From Eledone cirrhosa (taxonomy: Eukaryota), in NCBI GenBank assembly GCA_964016885.1, contig OZ024743.1, forward strand, positions 257,052,001-257,116,000: a stretch of DNA of 64,000 bases. The letters are read 5' to 3'. A program made the position numbers and the translations under genes. Shown piece after piece: positions 27,640 through 42,500 of this stretch (the first letter of the stretch is position 1; the number at the start of each line of letters is the position of its first letter). The notes under the pieces are model-generated. The model was given only the letters and a program-made list of their open reading frames with translations, searched no databases and was not told the origin of the DNA.

Positions 27640-30239
27640 ACACGGATCAGGTGAGCACTCGATGTTTAGGTTCACGTCAGTATCAAGGTGTAGAGCCAGA
27701 CAGAGTGTAATATAATAATACAAGGATCAGGTGAGCACTCGATGTTTAGGTTCACGTCAGTATCAAGCTGTAGAGCCAGAGAGAGTGTAATACAAGGATC
27801 AGGTGAGCACTCGATGTTTAGGTTCACGTCAGTATCAAGGAGTAGAGCCAGACAGAGTGTAATACAAGGATCAGGTGAGCACTCGATGTTTAGGTTCACG
27901 TCAGTATCAAGGTGTAGAGCCAGACAGAGTGTAATATAATAATTCAAGGATCAGGTGAGCACTCGATGTTTAGGTTCACGTCAGTATCAAGGTGTAGAGC
28001 CAGACAGAGTGTAATATAATAATTCAAGGATCAGGTGAGCACTCGATGTTTAGGTTCACGTCAGTATCAAGGTGTAGAGCCAGACAGAGTGTAATATAAT
28101 AATTCAAGGATCAGGTGAGCACTCGATGTTTAGGTTCACGTCAGTATCAAGGTGTAGAGCCAGACAGAGTGTAATATAATAATACAAGGATCAGGTGAGC
28201 ACTCGATGTTTAGGTTCACGTCAGTATCAAGGTGTAGAGCCAGACAGAGTGTAATATAATAATACAAGAATCAGGTGAGCACTCGATGTTTAGGTTCACG
28301 TCAGTTTCAAGGTGTAGAGCAAGACATAGTGTAATATAATAATACAAGGATCAGGTGAGCACTCGATGTTTAGGTTCACGTCAGTATCGAGGTGTAGAGC
28401 CAGACAGAGTGTAATATAATAATACAAGGATCAGGTGAGCACTCGATGTTTAGGTTCACGTCAGTATCGAGGTGTAGAGCCAGACAGAGTGTAATATAAT
28501 AATACAAGAATCAGGTGAGCACTCGATGTTTAGGTTCACGTCAGTTTCAAGGTGTAGAGCAAGACAGAGTGTAATATAATAATACAAGGATCAGGTGAGC
28601 ACTCGATGTTTAGGTTCACGTCAGTATCGAGGTGTAGAGCCAGACAGAGTGTAATATAATAATACAAGGATCAGGTGAGCACTCGATGTTTAGGTTCACG
28701 TCAGTTTCAAGGTGTAGAGCAAGACAGAGTGTAATATAATAATACAAGAATCAGGTGAGCACTCGATGTTTAGGTTCACGTCAGTATCAAGGTGTAGAGC
28801 CACACAGAGTGTAATATAATAATACAAGGATCAGCTAATCACACGATGTTTAGGTTCACGTCAGTTTCAAGGTGTAGAGCCAGACAGAGTGTAATATAAT
28901 AATACAAGGATCAGGTGAGCACTCGATGTTTAGGTTCTCGTCAGTATCAAGGTGTAGAGCCAGACAGAGTGTAATATACTAATACAAGGATCAGCTAAGC
29001 ACACGATGTTTAGGTTCACGTCAGTTTCAAGGTGTAGAGCCAGACAGAGTGTAATATAATAATACAAGGATCAGGTGAGCACTCGATGTTTAGGTTCACG
29101 TCAGTATCGTGGTGTAGAGCCAGAGAGAGTGTAATACAAGGATCAGGTGAGCACTCGATGTTTAGGTTCACGTCAGTATCAAGGAGTAGAGCCAGACAGA
29201 GTGTAATACAAGGATCAGGTGAGCACTCGATGTTTAGGTTCACGTCAGTATCGAGGTGTAGAGCCAGACAGAGTGTAATATAATAATACACGGATCAGGT
29301 GAGCACTCGATGTTTAGGTTCACGTCAGTATCAAGGTGTAGAGCCAGACAGAGTGTAATATAATAATACAAGGATCAGGTGAGCACTCGATGTTTAGGTT
29401 CACGTCAGTATCAAGCTGTAGAGCCAGAGAGAGTGTAATACAAGGATCAGGTGAGCACTCGATGTTTAGGTTCACGTCAGTATCGAGGTGTAGAGCCAGA
29501 CAGAGTGTAATATAATAATACGAGGATCAGGTGAGCACTCGATGTTTAGGTTCACGTCAGTATCAAGGTGTAGAGCCAGACAGAGTGTAATATAATAATT
29601 CAAGGATCAGGTGAGCACTCGATGTTTAGGTTCACGTCAGTATCAAGGTGTAGAGCCAGACAGAGTGTAATATAATAATACAAGGATCAGGTGAGCACTC
29701 GATGTTTAGGTTCACGTCAGTATCAAGGTGTAGAGCCAGACAGAGTGTAATATAATAATACAAGGATCAGCTAAGCACACGATGTTTAGGTTCACGTCAG
29801 TATCAAGGTGTAGAGCCAGACAGAGTGTAATATAATAATACAAGGATCAGCTGAGCACTCGATGTTTAGGTTCACGTCAGTATCAAGGTGTAGAGCCAGA
29901 CAGAGTGTAATATAATAATACAAGGATCTGGTGAGCACTCGATGTTTAGGTTCACGTCAGTATCAAGGTGTAGAGCCAGACAGAGTGTAATATAATAATA
30001 CAAGGATCAGCTAAGCACACGATGTTTAGGTTCACGTCAGTATCAAGGTGTAGAGCCAGACAGAGTGTAATATAATAATACAAGGATCAGCTGAGCACTC
30101 GATGTTTAGGTTCACGTCAGTATCGAGGTGTAGAGCCAGACAGAGTGTAATATAATAATACAAGGATCAGGTGAGCACTCGATGTTTAGGTTCTCGTCAG
30201 TATCAAGGTGTAGAGCCAGACAGAGTGTAATATAATAAT

Positions 30240-32640
30240 ACAAGGATCAGGTGAGCACTCGATGTTTAGGTTCTCGTCAGTATCAAGGTGTAGAGCCAGA
30301 CAGAGTGTAATATAATAATACAAGGATCAGCTGAGCACTCGATGTTTAGGTTCACGTCAGTATCGAGGTGTAGAGCCAGACAGAGTGTAATATAATAATA
30401 CAAGGATCAGGTGAGCACTCGATGTTTATGTTCACGTCAGTATCGAGGTGTAGAGCCAGACAGAGTGTAATATAATAATACAAGGATCAGCTGAGCACTC
30501 GATGTTTAGGTTCACGTCAGTATCGTGGTGTAGAGCCAGAGAGAGTGTAATACAAGGATCAGGTGAGCACTCGATGTTTAGGTTCACGTCAGTATCGAGG
30601 TGTAGAGCCAGACAGAGTGTAATATAATAATACACGGATCAGGTGAGCACTCGATGTTTAGGTTCACGTCAGTATCAAGGTGTAGAGCCAGACAGAGTGT
30701 AATATAATAATACAAGGATCAGGTGAGCACTCGATGTTTAGGTTCACGTCAGTATCAAGCTGTAGAGCCAGAGAGAGTGTAATACAAGGATCAGGTGAGC
30801 ACTCGATGTTTAGGTTCACGTCAGTATCAAGGTGTAGAGCCAGACAGAGTGTAATATAATAATTCAAGGATCAGGTGAGCACTCGATGTTTAGGTTCACG
30901 TCAGTATCAAGGTGTAGAGCCAGACAGAGTGTAATATAATAATACAAGGATCAGGTGATCACTCGATGTTTAGGTTCACGTCAGTATCAAGGTGTAGAGC
31001 CAGACAGAGTGTAATATAATAATACAAGAATCAGGTGAGCACTCGATGTTTAGGTTCACGTCAGTTTCAAGGTGTAGAGCAAGACATAGTGTAATATAAT
31101 AATACAAGGATCAGGTGAGCACTCGATGTTTAGGTTCACGTCAGTATCGAGGTGTAGAGCCAGACAGAGTGTAATATAATAATACAAGGATCAGGTGAGC
31201 ACTCGATGTTTAGGTTCACGTCAGTATCGAGGTGTAGAGCCAGACAGAGTGTAATATAATAATACAAGAATCAGGTGAGCACTCGATGTTTAGGTTCACG
31301 TCAGTTTCAAGGTGTAGAGCAAGACAGAGTGTAATATAATAATACAAGGATCAGGTGAGCACTCGATGTTTAGGTTCACGTCAGTATCGAGGTGTAGAGA
31401 CAGACAGAGTGTAATATAATAATACAAGGATCAGGTGAGCACTCGATGTTTAGGTTCTCGTCAGTATCAAGGTGTAGAGCCAGACAGAGTGTAATATAAT
31501 AATACAAGGATCAGCTGAGCACTCGATGTTTAGGTTCACGTCAGTATCGAGGTGTAGAGCCAGACAGAGTGTAATATAATAATACAAGGATCAGGTGAGC
31601 ACTCGATGTTTATGTTCACGTCAGTATCGAGGTGTAGAGCCAGACAGAGTGTAATATAATAATACAAGGATCAGCTGAGCACTCGATGTTTAGGTTCACG
31701 TCAGTATCGTGGTGTAGAGCCAGAGAGAGTGTAATACAAGGATCAGGTGAGCACTCGATGTTTAGGTTCACGTCAGTATCGAGGTGTAGAGCCAGACAGA
31801 GTGTAATATAATAATACACGGATCAGGTGAGCACTCGATGTTTAGGTTCACGTCAGTATCAAGGTGTAGAGCCAGACAGAGTGTAATATAATAATACAAG
31901 GATCAGGTGAGCACTCGATGTTTAGGTTCACGTCAGTATCAAGCTGTAGAGCCAGAGAGAGTGTAATACAAGGATCAGGTGAGCACTCGATGTTTAGGTT
32001 CACGTCAGTATCAAGGTGTAGAGCCAGACAGAGTGTAATATAATAATTCAAGGATCAGGTGAGCACTCGATGTTTAGGTTCACGTCAGTATCAAGGTGTA
32101 GAGCCAGACAGAGTGTAATATAATAATACAAGGATCAGGTGATCACTCGATGTTTAGGTTCACGTCAGTATCAAGGTGTAGAGCCAGACAGAGTGTAATA
32201 TAATAATACAAGAATCAGGTGAGCACTCGATGTTTAGGTTCACGTCAGTTTCAAGGTGTAGAGCAAGACATAGTGTAATATAATAATACAAGGATCAGGT
32301 GAGCACTCGATGTTTAGGTTCACGTCAGTATCGAGGTGTAGAGCCAGACAGAGTGTAATATAATAATACAAGGATCAGGTGAGCACTCGATGTTTAGGTT
32401 CACGTCAGTATCGAGGTGTAGAGCCAGACAGAGTGTAATATAATAATACAAGAATCAGGTGAGCACTCGATGTTTAGGTTCACGTCAGTTTCAAGGTGTA
32501 GAGCAAGACAGAGTGTAATATAATAATACAAGGATCAGGTGAGCACTCGATGTTTAGGTTCACGTCAGTATCGAGGTGTAGAGACAGACAGAGTGTAATA
32601 TAATAATACAAGGATCAGGTGAGCACTCGATGTTTAGGTT
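30240..32640. repeat. 1184-bp tandem duplication (15 monomers, 2 short), also at +21768
   Basis: tttatgttc, ggtgatcac and gagacag variants recur at +1184. ORFs 30432/31616 and 30664/31848 pair up. Confidence 0.92.
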
Positions 32641-35600
32641 CACGTCAGTTTCAAGGTGTAGAGCAAGACAGAGTGTAATATAATAATACAAGAATCAGGT
32701 GAGCACTCGATGTTTAGGTTCACGTCAGTATCAAGGTGTAGAGCCACACAGAGTGTAATATAATAATACAAGGATCAGCTAATCACACGATGTTTAGGTT
32801 CACGTCAGTTTCAATGTGTAGAGCCAGACAGAGTGTAATATAATAATACAAGGATCAGGTGAGCACTCGATGTTTAGGTTCTCGTCAGTATCAAGGTGTA
32901 GAGCCAGACAGAGTGTAATATAGTAATACAAGGATCAGTTAAGCACACGATGTTTAGGTTCACGTCAGTTTCAAGGTGTAGAGCCAGACAGAGTGTAATA
33001 TAATAATAGAAGGATCAGGTGAGCACTCGATGTTTAGGTTCACGTCAGTATCGTGGTGTAGAGCCAGAGAGAGTGTAATACAAGGATCAGGTGAGCACTC
33101 GATGTTTAGGTTCACGTCAGTATCAAGGAGTAGAGCCAGACAGAGTGTAATACAAGGATCAGGTGAGCACTCGATGTTTAGGTTCACGTCAGTATCGAGG
33201 TGTAGAGGGAGACAGAGTGTAATATAATAATACACGGATCAGGTGAGCACTCGATGTTTAGGTTCACGTCAGTATCAAGGTGTAGAGCCAGACAGAGTGT
33301 AATATAATAATACAAGGATCAGGTGAGCACTCGATGTTTAGGTTCACGTCAGTATCAAGCTGTAGAGCCAGAGAGAGTGTAATACAAGGATCAGGTGAGC
33401 ACTCGATGTTTAGGTTCACGTCAGTATCGAGGTGTAGAGCCAGACAAAGTGTAATATAATAATACGAGGATCAGGTGAGCACTCGATGTTTAGGTTCACG
33501 TCAGTATCAAGGTGTAGAGCCAGACAGAGTGTAATATAATAATACACGGATCAGGTGAGCACTCGATGTTTAGGTTCACGTCAGTATCGAGGTGTAGAGC
33601 CAGACAGAGTGTAATATAATAATACACGGATCAGGTGAGCACTCGATGTTTAGGTTCACGTCAGTATCAAGGTGTAGAGCCAGACAGAGTGTAATATAAT
33701 AATACAAGGATCAGGTGAGCACTCGATGTTTAGGTTCACGTCAGTATCAAGCTGTAGAGCCAGAGAGAGTGTAATACAAGGATCAGGTGAGCACTCGATG
33801 TTTAGGTTCACGTCAGTATCAAGGTGTAGAGCCAGACAGAGTGTAATATAATAATTCAAGGATCAGGTGAGCACTCGATGTTTAGGTTCACGTCAGTATC
33901 AAGGTGTAGAGCCAGACAGAGTGTAATATAATAATACAAGGATCAGGTGATCACTCGATGTTTAGGTTCACGTCAGTATCAAGGTGTAGAGCCAGACAGA
34001 GTGTAATATAATAATACAAGAATCAGGTGAGCACTCGATGTTTAGGTTCACGTCAGTTTCAAGGTGTAGAGCAAGACATAGTGTAATATAATAATACAAG
34101 GATCAGGTGAGCACTCGATGTTTAGGTTCACGTCAGTATCGAGGTGTAGAGCCAGACAGAGTGTAATATAATAATACAAGGATCAGGTGAGCACTCGATG
34201 TTTAGGTTCACGTCAGTATCGAGGTGTAGAGCCAGACAGAGTGTAATATAATAATACAAGAATCAGGTGAGCACTCGATGTTTAGGTTCACGTCAGTTTC
34301 AAGGTGTAGAGCAAGACAGAGTGTAATATAATAATACAAGGATCAGGTGAGCACTCGATGTTTAGGTTCACGTCAGTATCGAGGTGTAGAGACAGACAGA
34401 GTGTAATATAATAATACAAGGATCAGGTGAGCACTCGATGTTTAGGTTCTCGTCAGTATCAAGGTGTAGAGCCAGACAGAGTGTAATATAATAATACAAG
34501 GATCAGCTGAGCACTCGATGTTTAGGTTCACGTCAGTATCGAGGTGTAGAGCCAGACAGAGTGTAATATAATAATACAAGGATCAGGTGAGCACTCGATG
34601 TTTATGTTCACGTCAGTATCGAGGTGTAGAGCCAGACAGAGTGTAATATAATAATACAAGGATCAGCTGAGCACTCGATGTTTAGGTTCACGTCAGTATC
34701 GTGGTGTAGAGCCAGAGAGAGTGTAATACAAGGATCAGGTGAGCACTCGATGTTTAGGTTCACGTCAGTATCGAGGTGTAGAGCCAGACAGAGTGTAATA
34801 TAATAATACACGGATCAGGTGAGCACTCGATGTTTAGGTTCACGTCAGTATCAAGGTGTAGAGCCAGACAGAGTGTAATATAATAATACAAGGATCAGGT
34901 GAGCACTCGATGTTTAGGTTCACGTCAGTATCAAGCTGTAGAGCCAGAGAGAGTGTAATACAAGGATCAGGTGAGCACTCGATGTTTAGGTTCACGTCAG
35001 TATCAAGGTGTAGAGCCAGACAGAGTGTAATATAATAATTCAAGGATCAGGTGAGCACTCGATGTTTAGGTTCACGTCAGTATCAAGGTGTAGAGCCAGA
35101 CAGAGTGTAATATAATAATACAAGGATCAGGTGATCACTCGATGTTTAGGTTCACGTCAGTATCAAGGTGTAGAGCCAGACAGAGTGTAATATAATAATA
35201 CAAGAATCAGGTGAGCACTCGATGTTTAGGTTCACGTCAGTTTCAAGGTGTAGAGCAAGACATAGTGTAATATAATAATACAAGGATCAGGTGAGCACTC
35301 GATGTTTAGGTTCACGTCAGTATCGAGGTGTAGAGCCAGACAGAGTGTAATATAATAATACAAGGATCAGGTGAGCACTCGATGTTTAGGTTCACGTCAG
35401 TATCGAGGTGTAGAGCCAGACAGAGTGTAATATAATAATACAAGAATCAGGTGAGCACTCGATGTTTAGGTTCACGTCAGTTTCAAGGTGTAGAGCAAGA
35501 CAGAGTGTAATATAATAATACAAGGATCAGGTGAGCACTCGATGTTTAGGTTCACGTCAGTATCGAGGTGTAGAGACAGACAGAGTGTAATATAATAATA

Positions 35601-36538
35601 CAAGGATCAGGTGAGCACTCGATGTTTAGGTTCACGTCAGTTTCAAGGTGTAGAGCAAGACAGAGTGTAATATAATAATACAAGAATCAGGTGAGCACTC
35701 GATGTTTAGGTTCACGTCAGTATCAAGGTGTAGAGCCACACAGAGTGTAATATAATAATACAAGGATCAGCTAATCACACGATGTTTAGGTTCACGTCAG
35801 TTTCAATGTGTAGAGCCAGACAGAGTGTAATATAATAATACAAGGATCAGGTGAGCACTCGATGTTTAGGTTCTCGTCAGTATCAAGGTGTAGAGCCAGA
35901 CAGAGTGTAATATAGTAATACAAGGATCAGTTAAGCACACGATGTTTAGGTTCACGTCAGTTTCAAGGTGTAGAGCCAGACAGAGTGTAATATAATAATA
36001 GAAGGATCAGGTGAGCACTCGATGTTTAGGTTCACGTCAGTATCGTGGTGTAGAGCCAGAGAGAGTGTAATACAAGGATCAGGTGAGCACTCGATGTTTA
36101 GGTTCACGTCAGTATCAAGGAGTAGAGCCAGACAGAGTGTAATACAAGGATCAGGTGAGCACTCGATGTTTAGGTTCACGTCAGTATCGAGGTGTAGAGG
36201 GAGACAGAGTGTAATATAATAATACACGGATCAGGTGAGCACTCGATGTTTAGGTTCACGTCAGTATCAAGGTGTAGAGCCAGACAGAGTGTAATATAAT
36301 AATACAAGGATCAGGTGAGCACTCGATGTTTAGGTTCACGTCAGTATCAAGCTGTAGAGCCAGAGAGAGTGTAATACAAGGATCAGGTGAGCACTCGATG
36401 TTTAGGTTCACGTCAGTATCGAGGTGTAGAGCCAGACAAAGTGTAATATAATAATACGAGGATCAGGTGAGCACTCGATGTTTAGGTTCACGTCAGTATC
36501 AAGGTGTAGAGCCAGACAGAGTGTAATATAATAATACA
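30556..36538. repeat. 2992-bp tandem duplication (38 monomers, 6 short), present only in copy 1 of the large duplication
   Basis: ORFs 30664/33656, 31616/34608 and 32960/35952 pair up and share tcaatgtg, cagttaag, atagaagg and gagggag variants. Single copy at about 52.3-55.3 kb. Confidence 0.92.
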
Positions 36539-39500
36539 AGGATCAGGTGAGCACTCGATGTTTAGGTTCACGTCAGTATCAAGGTGTAGAGCCAGACAGA
36601 GTGTAATATAATAATACAAGGATCAGGTGAGCACTCGATGTTTAGGTTCACGTCAGTATCAAGGTGTAGAGCCAGACAGAGTGTAATATAATAATACAAG
36701 GATCAGCTAAGCACACGATGTTTAGGTTCACGTCAGTATCAAGGTGTAGAGCCAGACAGAGTGTAATATAATAATACAAGGATCAGCTGAGCACTCGATG
36801 TTTAGGTTCACGTCAGTATCAAGGTGTAGAGCCAGACAGAGTGTAATATAATAATACAAGGATCAGGTGAGCACTCGATGTTTAGGTTCACGTCAGTATC
36901 AAGGTGTAGAGCCAGACAGAGTGTAATATAATAATACAAGGATCAGCTAAGCACACGATGTTTAGGTTCACGTCAGTATCAAGGTGTAGAGCCAGACAGA
37001 GTGTAATATAATAATACAAGGATCAGCTAAGCACACGATGTTTAGGTTCACGTCAGTATCAAGGTGTAGAGCCAGACAGAGTGTAATATAATAATACAAG
37101 GATCAGCTAAGCACACGATGTTTAGGTTCACGTCAGTATCAAGGTGTAGAGCCAGACAGAGTGTAATATAATAATACAAGGATCAGCTGAGCACTCGATG
37201 TTTAGGTTCACGTCAGTATCAAGGTGTAGAGCCAGACAGAGTGTAATATAATAATACAAGGATCAGGTGAGCACTCGATGTTTAGGTTCACGTCAGTATC
37301 AAGGTGTAGAGCCAGACAGAGTGTAATATAATAATACAAGGATCAGCTAAGCACACGATGTTTAGGTTCACGTCAGTATCAAGGTGTAGAGCCAGACAGA
37401 GTGTAATATAATAATACAAGGATCAGCTAAGCACACGATGTTTAGGTTCACGTCAGTATCAAGGTGTAGAGCCAGACAGAGTGTAATATAATAATACAAG
37501 GATCAGCTGAGCACTCGATGTTTAGGTTCACGTCAGTATCAAGGTGTAGAGCCAGACAGAGTGTAATATAATAATACAAGAATCAGGTGAGCACTCGATG
37601 TTTAGGTTCACGTCAGTATCAAGGTGTAGAGCCAGACAGAGTGTAATATAATAATTCAAGGATCAGGTGAGCACTCGATGTTTAGGTTCACGTCAGTATC
37701 AAGGTGTAGAGCCAGACAGAGTGTAATATAATAATTCAAGGATCAGGTGAGCACTCGATGTTTAGGTTCACGTCAGTATCAAGGTGTATAGCCAGACAGA
37801 GTGTAATATAATAATTCAAGGATCAGGTGAGCACTCGATGTTTAGGTTCACGTCAGTATCAAGGTGTAGAGCCAGACAGAGTGTAATATAATAATACAAG
37901 GTTCAGGTGAGCACTCGATGTTTAGGTTCACGTCAGTATCAAGGTGTAGAGCCAGACAGAGTGTAATATAATAATACAAGAATCAGGCGAGCACTCGATG
38001 TTTAGGTTCACGTCAGTTTCAAGGTGTAGAGCAAGACATAGTGTAATATAATAATACAAGGATCAGGTGAGCACTCGATGTTTAGGTTCACGTCAGTATC
38101 GAGGTGTAGAGCCAGACAGAGTGTAATATAATAATACAAGGATCAGGTGAGCACTCGATGTTTAGGTTCACGTCAGTATCGAGGTGTAGAGCCAGACAGA
38201 GTGTAATATAATAATACAAGAATCAGGTGAGCACTCGATGTTTAGGTTCACGTCAGTTTCAAGGTGTAGAGCAAGACAGAGTGTAATATAATAATACAAG
38301 GATCAGGTGAGCACTCGATGTTTAGGTTCACGTCAGTATCGAGGTGTAGAGCCAGACAGAGTGTAATATAATAATACAAGGATCAGGTGAGCACTCGATG
38401 TTTAGGTTCACGTCAGTTTCAAGGTGTAGAGCAAGACAGAGTGTAATATAATAATACAAGAATCAGGTGAGCACTCGATGTTTAGGTTCACGTCAGTATC
38501 AAGGTGTAGAGCCAGACAGAGTGTAATATAGTAATACAAGGATCAGCTGAGCACTCGATGTTTAGGTTCACGTCAGTATCAAGGTGTAGAGCCAGACAGA
38601 GTGTAATATAATAATACAAGGATCTGGTGAGCACTCGATGTTTAGGTTCACGTCAGTATCAAGGTGTAGAGCCAGACAGAGTGTAATATAATAATACAAG
38701 GATCAGCTAAGCACACGATGTTTAGGTTCACGTCAGTATCAAGGTGTAGAGCCAGACAGAGTGTAATATAATAATACAAGGATCAGCTGAGCACTCGATG
38801 TTTAGGTTCACGTCAGTATCGAGGTGTAGAGCCAGACAGAGTGTAATATAATAATACAAGGATCAGGTGAGCACTCGATGTTTAGGTTCTCGTCAGTATC
38901 AAGGTGTAGAGCCAGACAGAGTGTAATATAATAATACAAGGATCAGGTGAGCACTCGATGTTTAGGTTCTCGTCAGTATCAAGGTGTAGAGCCAGACAGA
39001 GTGTAATATAATAATACAAGGATCAGCTGAGCACTCGATGTTTAGGTTCACGTCAGTATCGAGGTGTAGAGCCAGACAGAGTGTAATATAATAATACAAG
39101 GATCAGGTGAGCACTCGATGTTTGGGTTCACGTCAGTATCGAGGTGTAGAGCCAGACAGAGTGTAATATAATAATACAAGGATCAGCTGAGCACTCGATG
39201 TTTAGGTTCACGTCAGTATCAAGGTGTAGAGCCAGACAGAGTGTAATATAATAATACAAGGATCAGCTGAGCACTCGATGTTTAGGTTCACGTCAGTATC
39301 GAGGTGTAGAGCCAGACAGAGTGTAATATAATAATACAAGGATCAGCTGAGCACTCGATGTTTAGGTTCACGTCAGTATCGTGGTGTAGAGCCAAAGAGA
39401 GTGTAATACAAGGATCAGGTGAGCACTCGATGTTTAGGTTCACGTCAGTATCGAGGTGTAGAGCCAGACAGAGTGTAATATAATAATACAAGGATCAGGT

Positions 39501-42500
39501 GAGCACTCGATGTTTAGGTTCACGTCAGTATCAAGGTGTAGAGCCAGACAGAGTGTAATATAATAATAAAAGGATCAGCTGAGCACACGATGTTTAGGTT
39601 CACGTCAGTTTCAAGGTGTAGAGCCAGACAGAGTGTAATATAATAATACAAGGATCAGGTGAGCACTCGATGTTTAGATTCTCGTCAGTATCAAGGTGTA
39701 GAGCCAGACAGAGTGTAATATAATAATAAAAGGATCAGCTGAGCACTCGATGTTTAGGTTCACGTCAGTATCAAGCTGTAGAGCCAGACAGAGTGTAATA
39801 TAATAATACAAGGATCAGGTGAGCACTCGATGTTTAGGTTCACGTCAGTATCAAGGTGTAGAGCCAGACAGAGTGTAATATAATAATACAAGGATAAGGT
39901 GAGCACTCGATGTTTAGGTTCACGTCAGTATCGAGGTGTAGAGCCAGACAGAGTGTAATATAATAATACAAGGATCAGGTGAGCACTCGATGTTTAGGTT
40001 CACGTCAGTATCAAGGTGTAGAGCAAGACAGAGTGTAATATAATAATAAAAGGATCAGCTGAGCACACGATGTTTAGGTTCACGTCAGTATCAAGGTGTA
40101 GAGCCAGACAGAGTGTAATATAATAATACAAGGATCAGGTGAGCACTCGATGTTTAGGTTCTCGTCAGTATCAAGGTGTAGAGCCAGACAGAGTGTAATA
40201 TAATAATACAAGGATCAGGTGAGCACTCGATGTTTAGGTTCACGTCAGTATCAAGGTTTAGAGCCAGACAGAGTGTAATATAATAAGACAAGGATCAGCT
40301 GAGCACTCGATGTTTAGGTTCACGTCAGTATCGAGGTGTAGAGCCAGACAGAGTGTAATATAATAATACAAGTATCAGGTGAGCACTCGATGTTTAGGTT
40401 CACGTCAGTATCGAGGTGTAGAGCCAGACAGAGTGTAATATAATAATACAAGGATCAGGTGAGCACTCGATGTTTAGGTTCACGTCAGTATCAAGGTGTA
40501 GAGCCAGACAGATTGTAATATAACAATACAAGGATCAGGTGAGCACACGATGTTTAGGTTCACGTCAGTATCGAGGTGTAGAGCCAGACAGAGTGTAATA
40601 TAATAATACAAGGATCAGGTGAGCACTCGATGTTTAGGTTCTCGTCAGTATCAAGGTGTAGAGCCAGACAGAGTGTAATATAATAATACAAGGATCAGCT
40701 GAGCACTCGATGTTTAGGTACACGTTAGTATCGAGGTGTAGAGCCAGACAGAGTGTAATATAATAATACAAGGATCAGGTGAGCACTCGATGTTTAGGTT
40801 CACGTCAGTATCAAGGTGTAGAGCCAGACAGAGTGTAATATAATAATAAAAGGATCAGCTGAGCACACGATGTTTAGGTTCACGTCAGTATCAAGGTGTA
40901 GAGCCAGACAGAGTGTAATATAATAATACAAGGATCAGGTGAGCACTCGATGTTTAGGTTCTCGTCAGTATCAAGGTGTAGAGCCAGACAGAGTGTAATA
41001 TAGTAATACAAGGATCAGCTGAGCACTCGATGTTTAGGTTCACGTCAGTATCAAGGTATAGAGCCAAACAGAGTGTAATATAATAATACAAGGATCAGCT
41101 GAGCAATCGATGTTTAGGTACACGTTAGTATCGAGGTGTAGAGCCAGACAGAGTGTAATATAATAATAAAAGGATCAGCTGAGCATTCGATGTTTAGGTT
41201 CACGTCAGTATCAAGGTGTAGAGCCAGACAGAGTGTAATATAATAATACAAGGATCAGGTGAGCACTCGATGTTTAGGTTCACGTCAGTATCAAGGTGTA
41301 GAGCCAGACAGAGTGTAATATAATAATACAAGGATCAGGTGAGCACTCGATGTTTAGGTTCACGTTAGTATCGAGGTGTAGAGCCAGACAGAGTGTAATA
41401 TAATAATACAAGGATCAGGTGAGCACTCGATGTTTAGGTTCACGTCAGTATCAAGGTGTAGAGCAAGACAAAGTGTAATATAATAATAAAAGGATCAGCT
41501 GAGCACTCGATGTTTAGGTTCACGTCAGTATCGAGGTGTAGAGCCAGACAGAGTGTAATATAATAATACAAGGATCAGGTGAGCACTCGATGTTTAGGTT
41601 CTCGTCAGTATCAAGGTGTAGAGCCAGACAGAGTGTAATATAATAATACAAGGATCAGGTGAGCACTCGATGTTTAGGTTCTCGTCAGTATCAAGGTGTA
41701 GAGCCAGACAGAGTGTAATATAATAATAAAAGGATCAGCTGAGCACTCGATGTTTAGGTTCACGTCAGTATCGAGGTGTAGAGCCAGACAGAGTGTAATA
41801 TAATAATACAAGGATCAGGTGAGCACTCGATGTTTAGGTTCTCGTCAGTATCAAGGTGTAGAGCCAGACAGAGTGTAATATAATAATAAAAGGATCAGGT
41901 GAGCACTCGATGTTTAGGTTCTCGTCAGTATCAAGGTGTAGAGCCAGACAGAGTGTAATATAATAATACAAGGATCAGCTGAGCACTCGATGTTTAGGTT
42001 CACGTCAGTATCGAGGTGTAGAGCCAGACAGAGTGTAATATAATAATACAAGGATCAGGTGAGCACTCGATGTTTAGGTTCACGTCAGTATCGAGGTGTA
42101 GAGCCAGACAGAGTGTAATATAATAATACAAGGATCAGCTGAGCACTCGATGTTTAGGTTCACGTCAGTATCAAGGTGTAGAGCCAGACAGAGTGTAATA
42201 TAATAATACAAGGATCAGCTGAGCACTCGATGTTTAGGTTCACGTCAGTATCGAGGTGTAGAGCCAGACAGAGTGTAATATAATAATACAAGGATCAGCT
42301 GAGCACTCGATGTTTAGGTTCACGTCAGTATCGTGGTGTAGAGCCAGAGAGAGTGTAATACAAGGATCAGGTGAGCACTCGATGTTTAGGTTCACGTCAG
42401 TATCAAGGAGTAGAGCCAGACAGAGTGTAATACAAGGATCAGGTGAACACTCGATGTTTAGGTTCACGTCAGTATCGAGGTGTAGAGCCAGACAGAGTGT

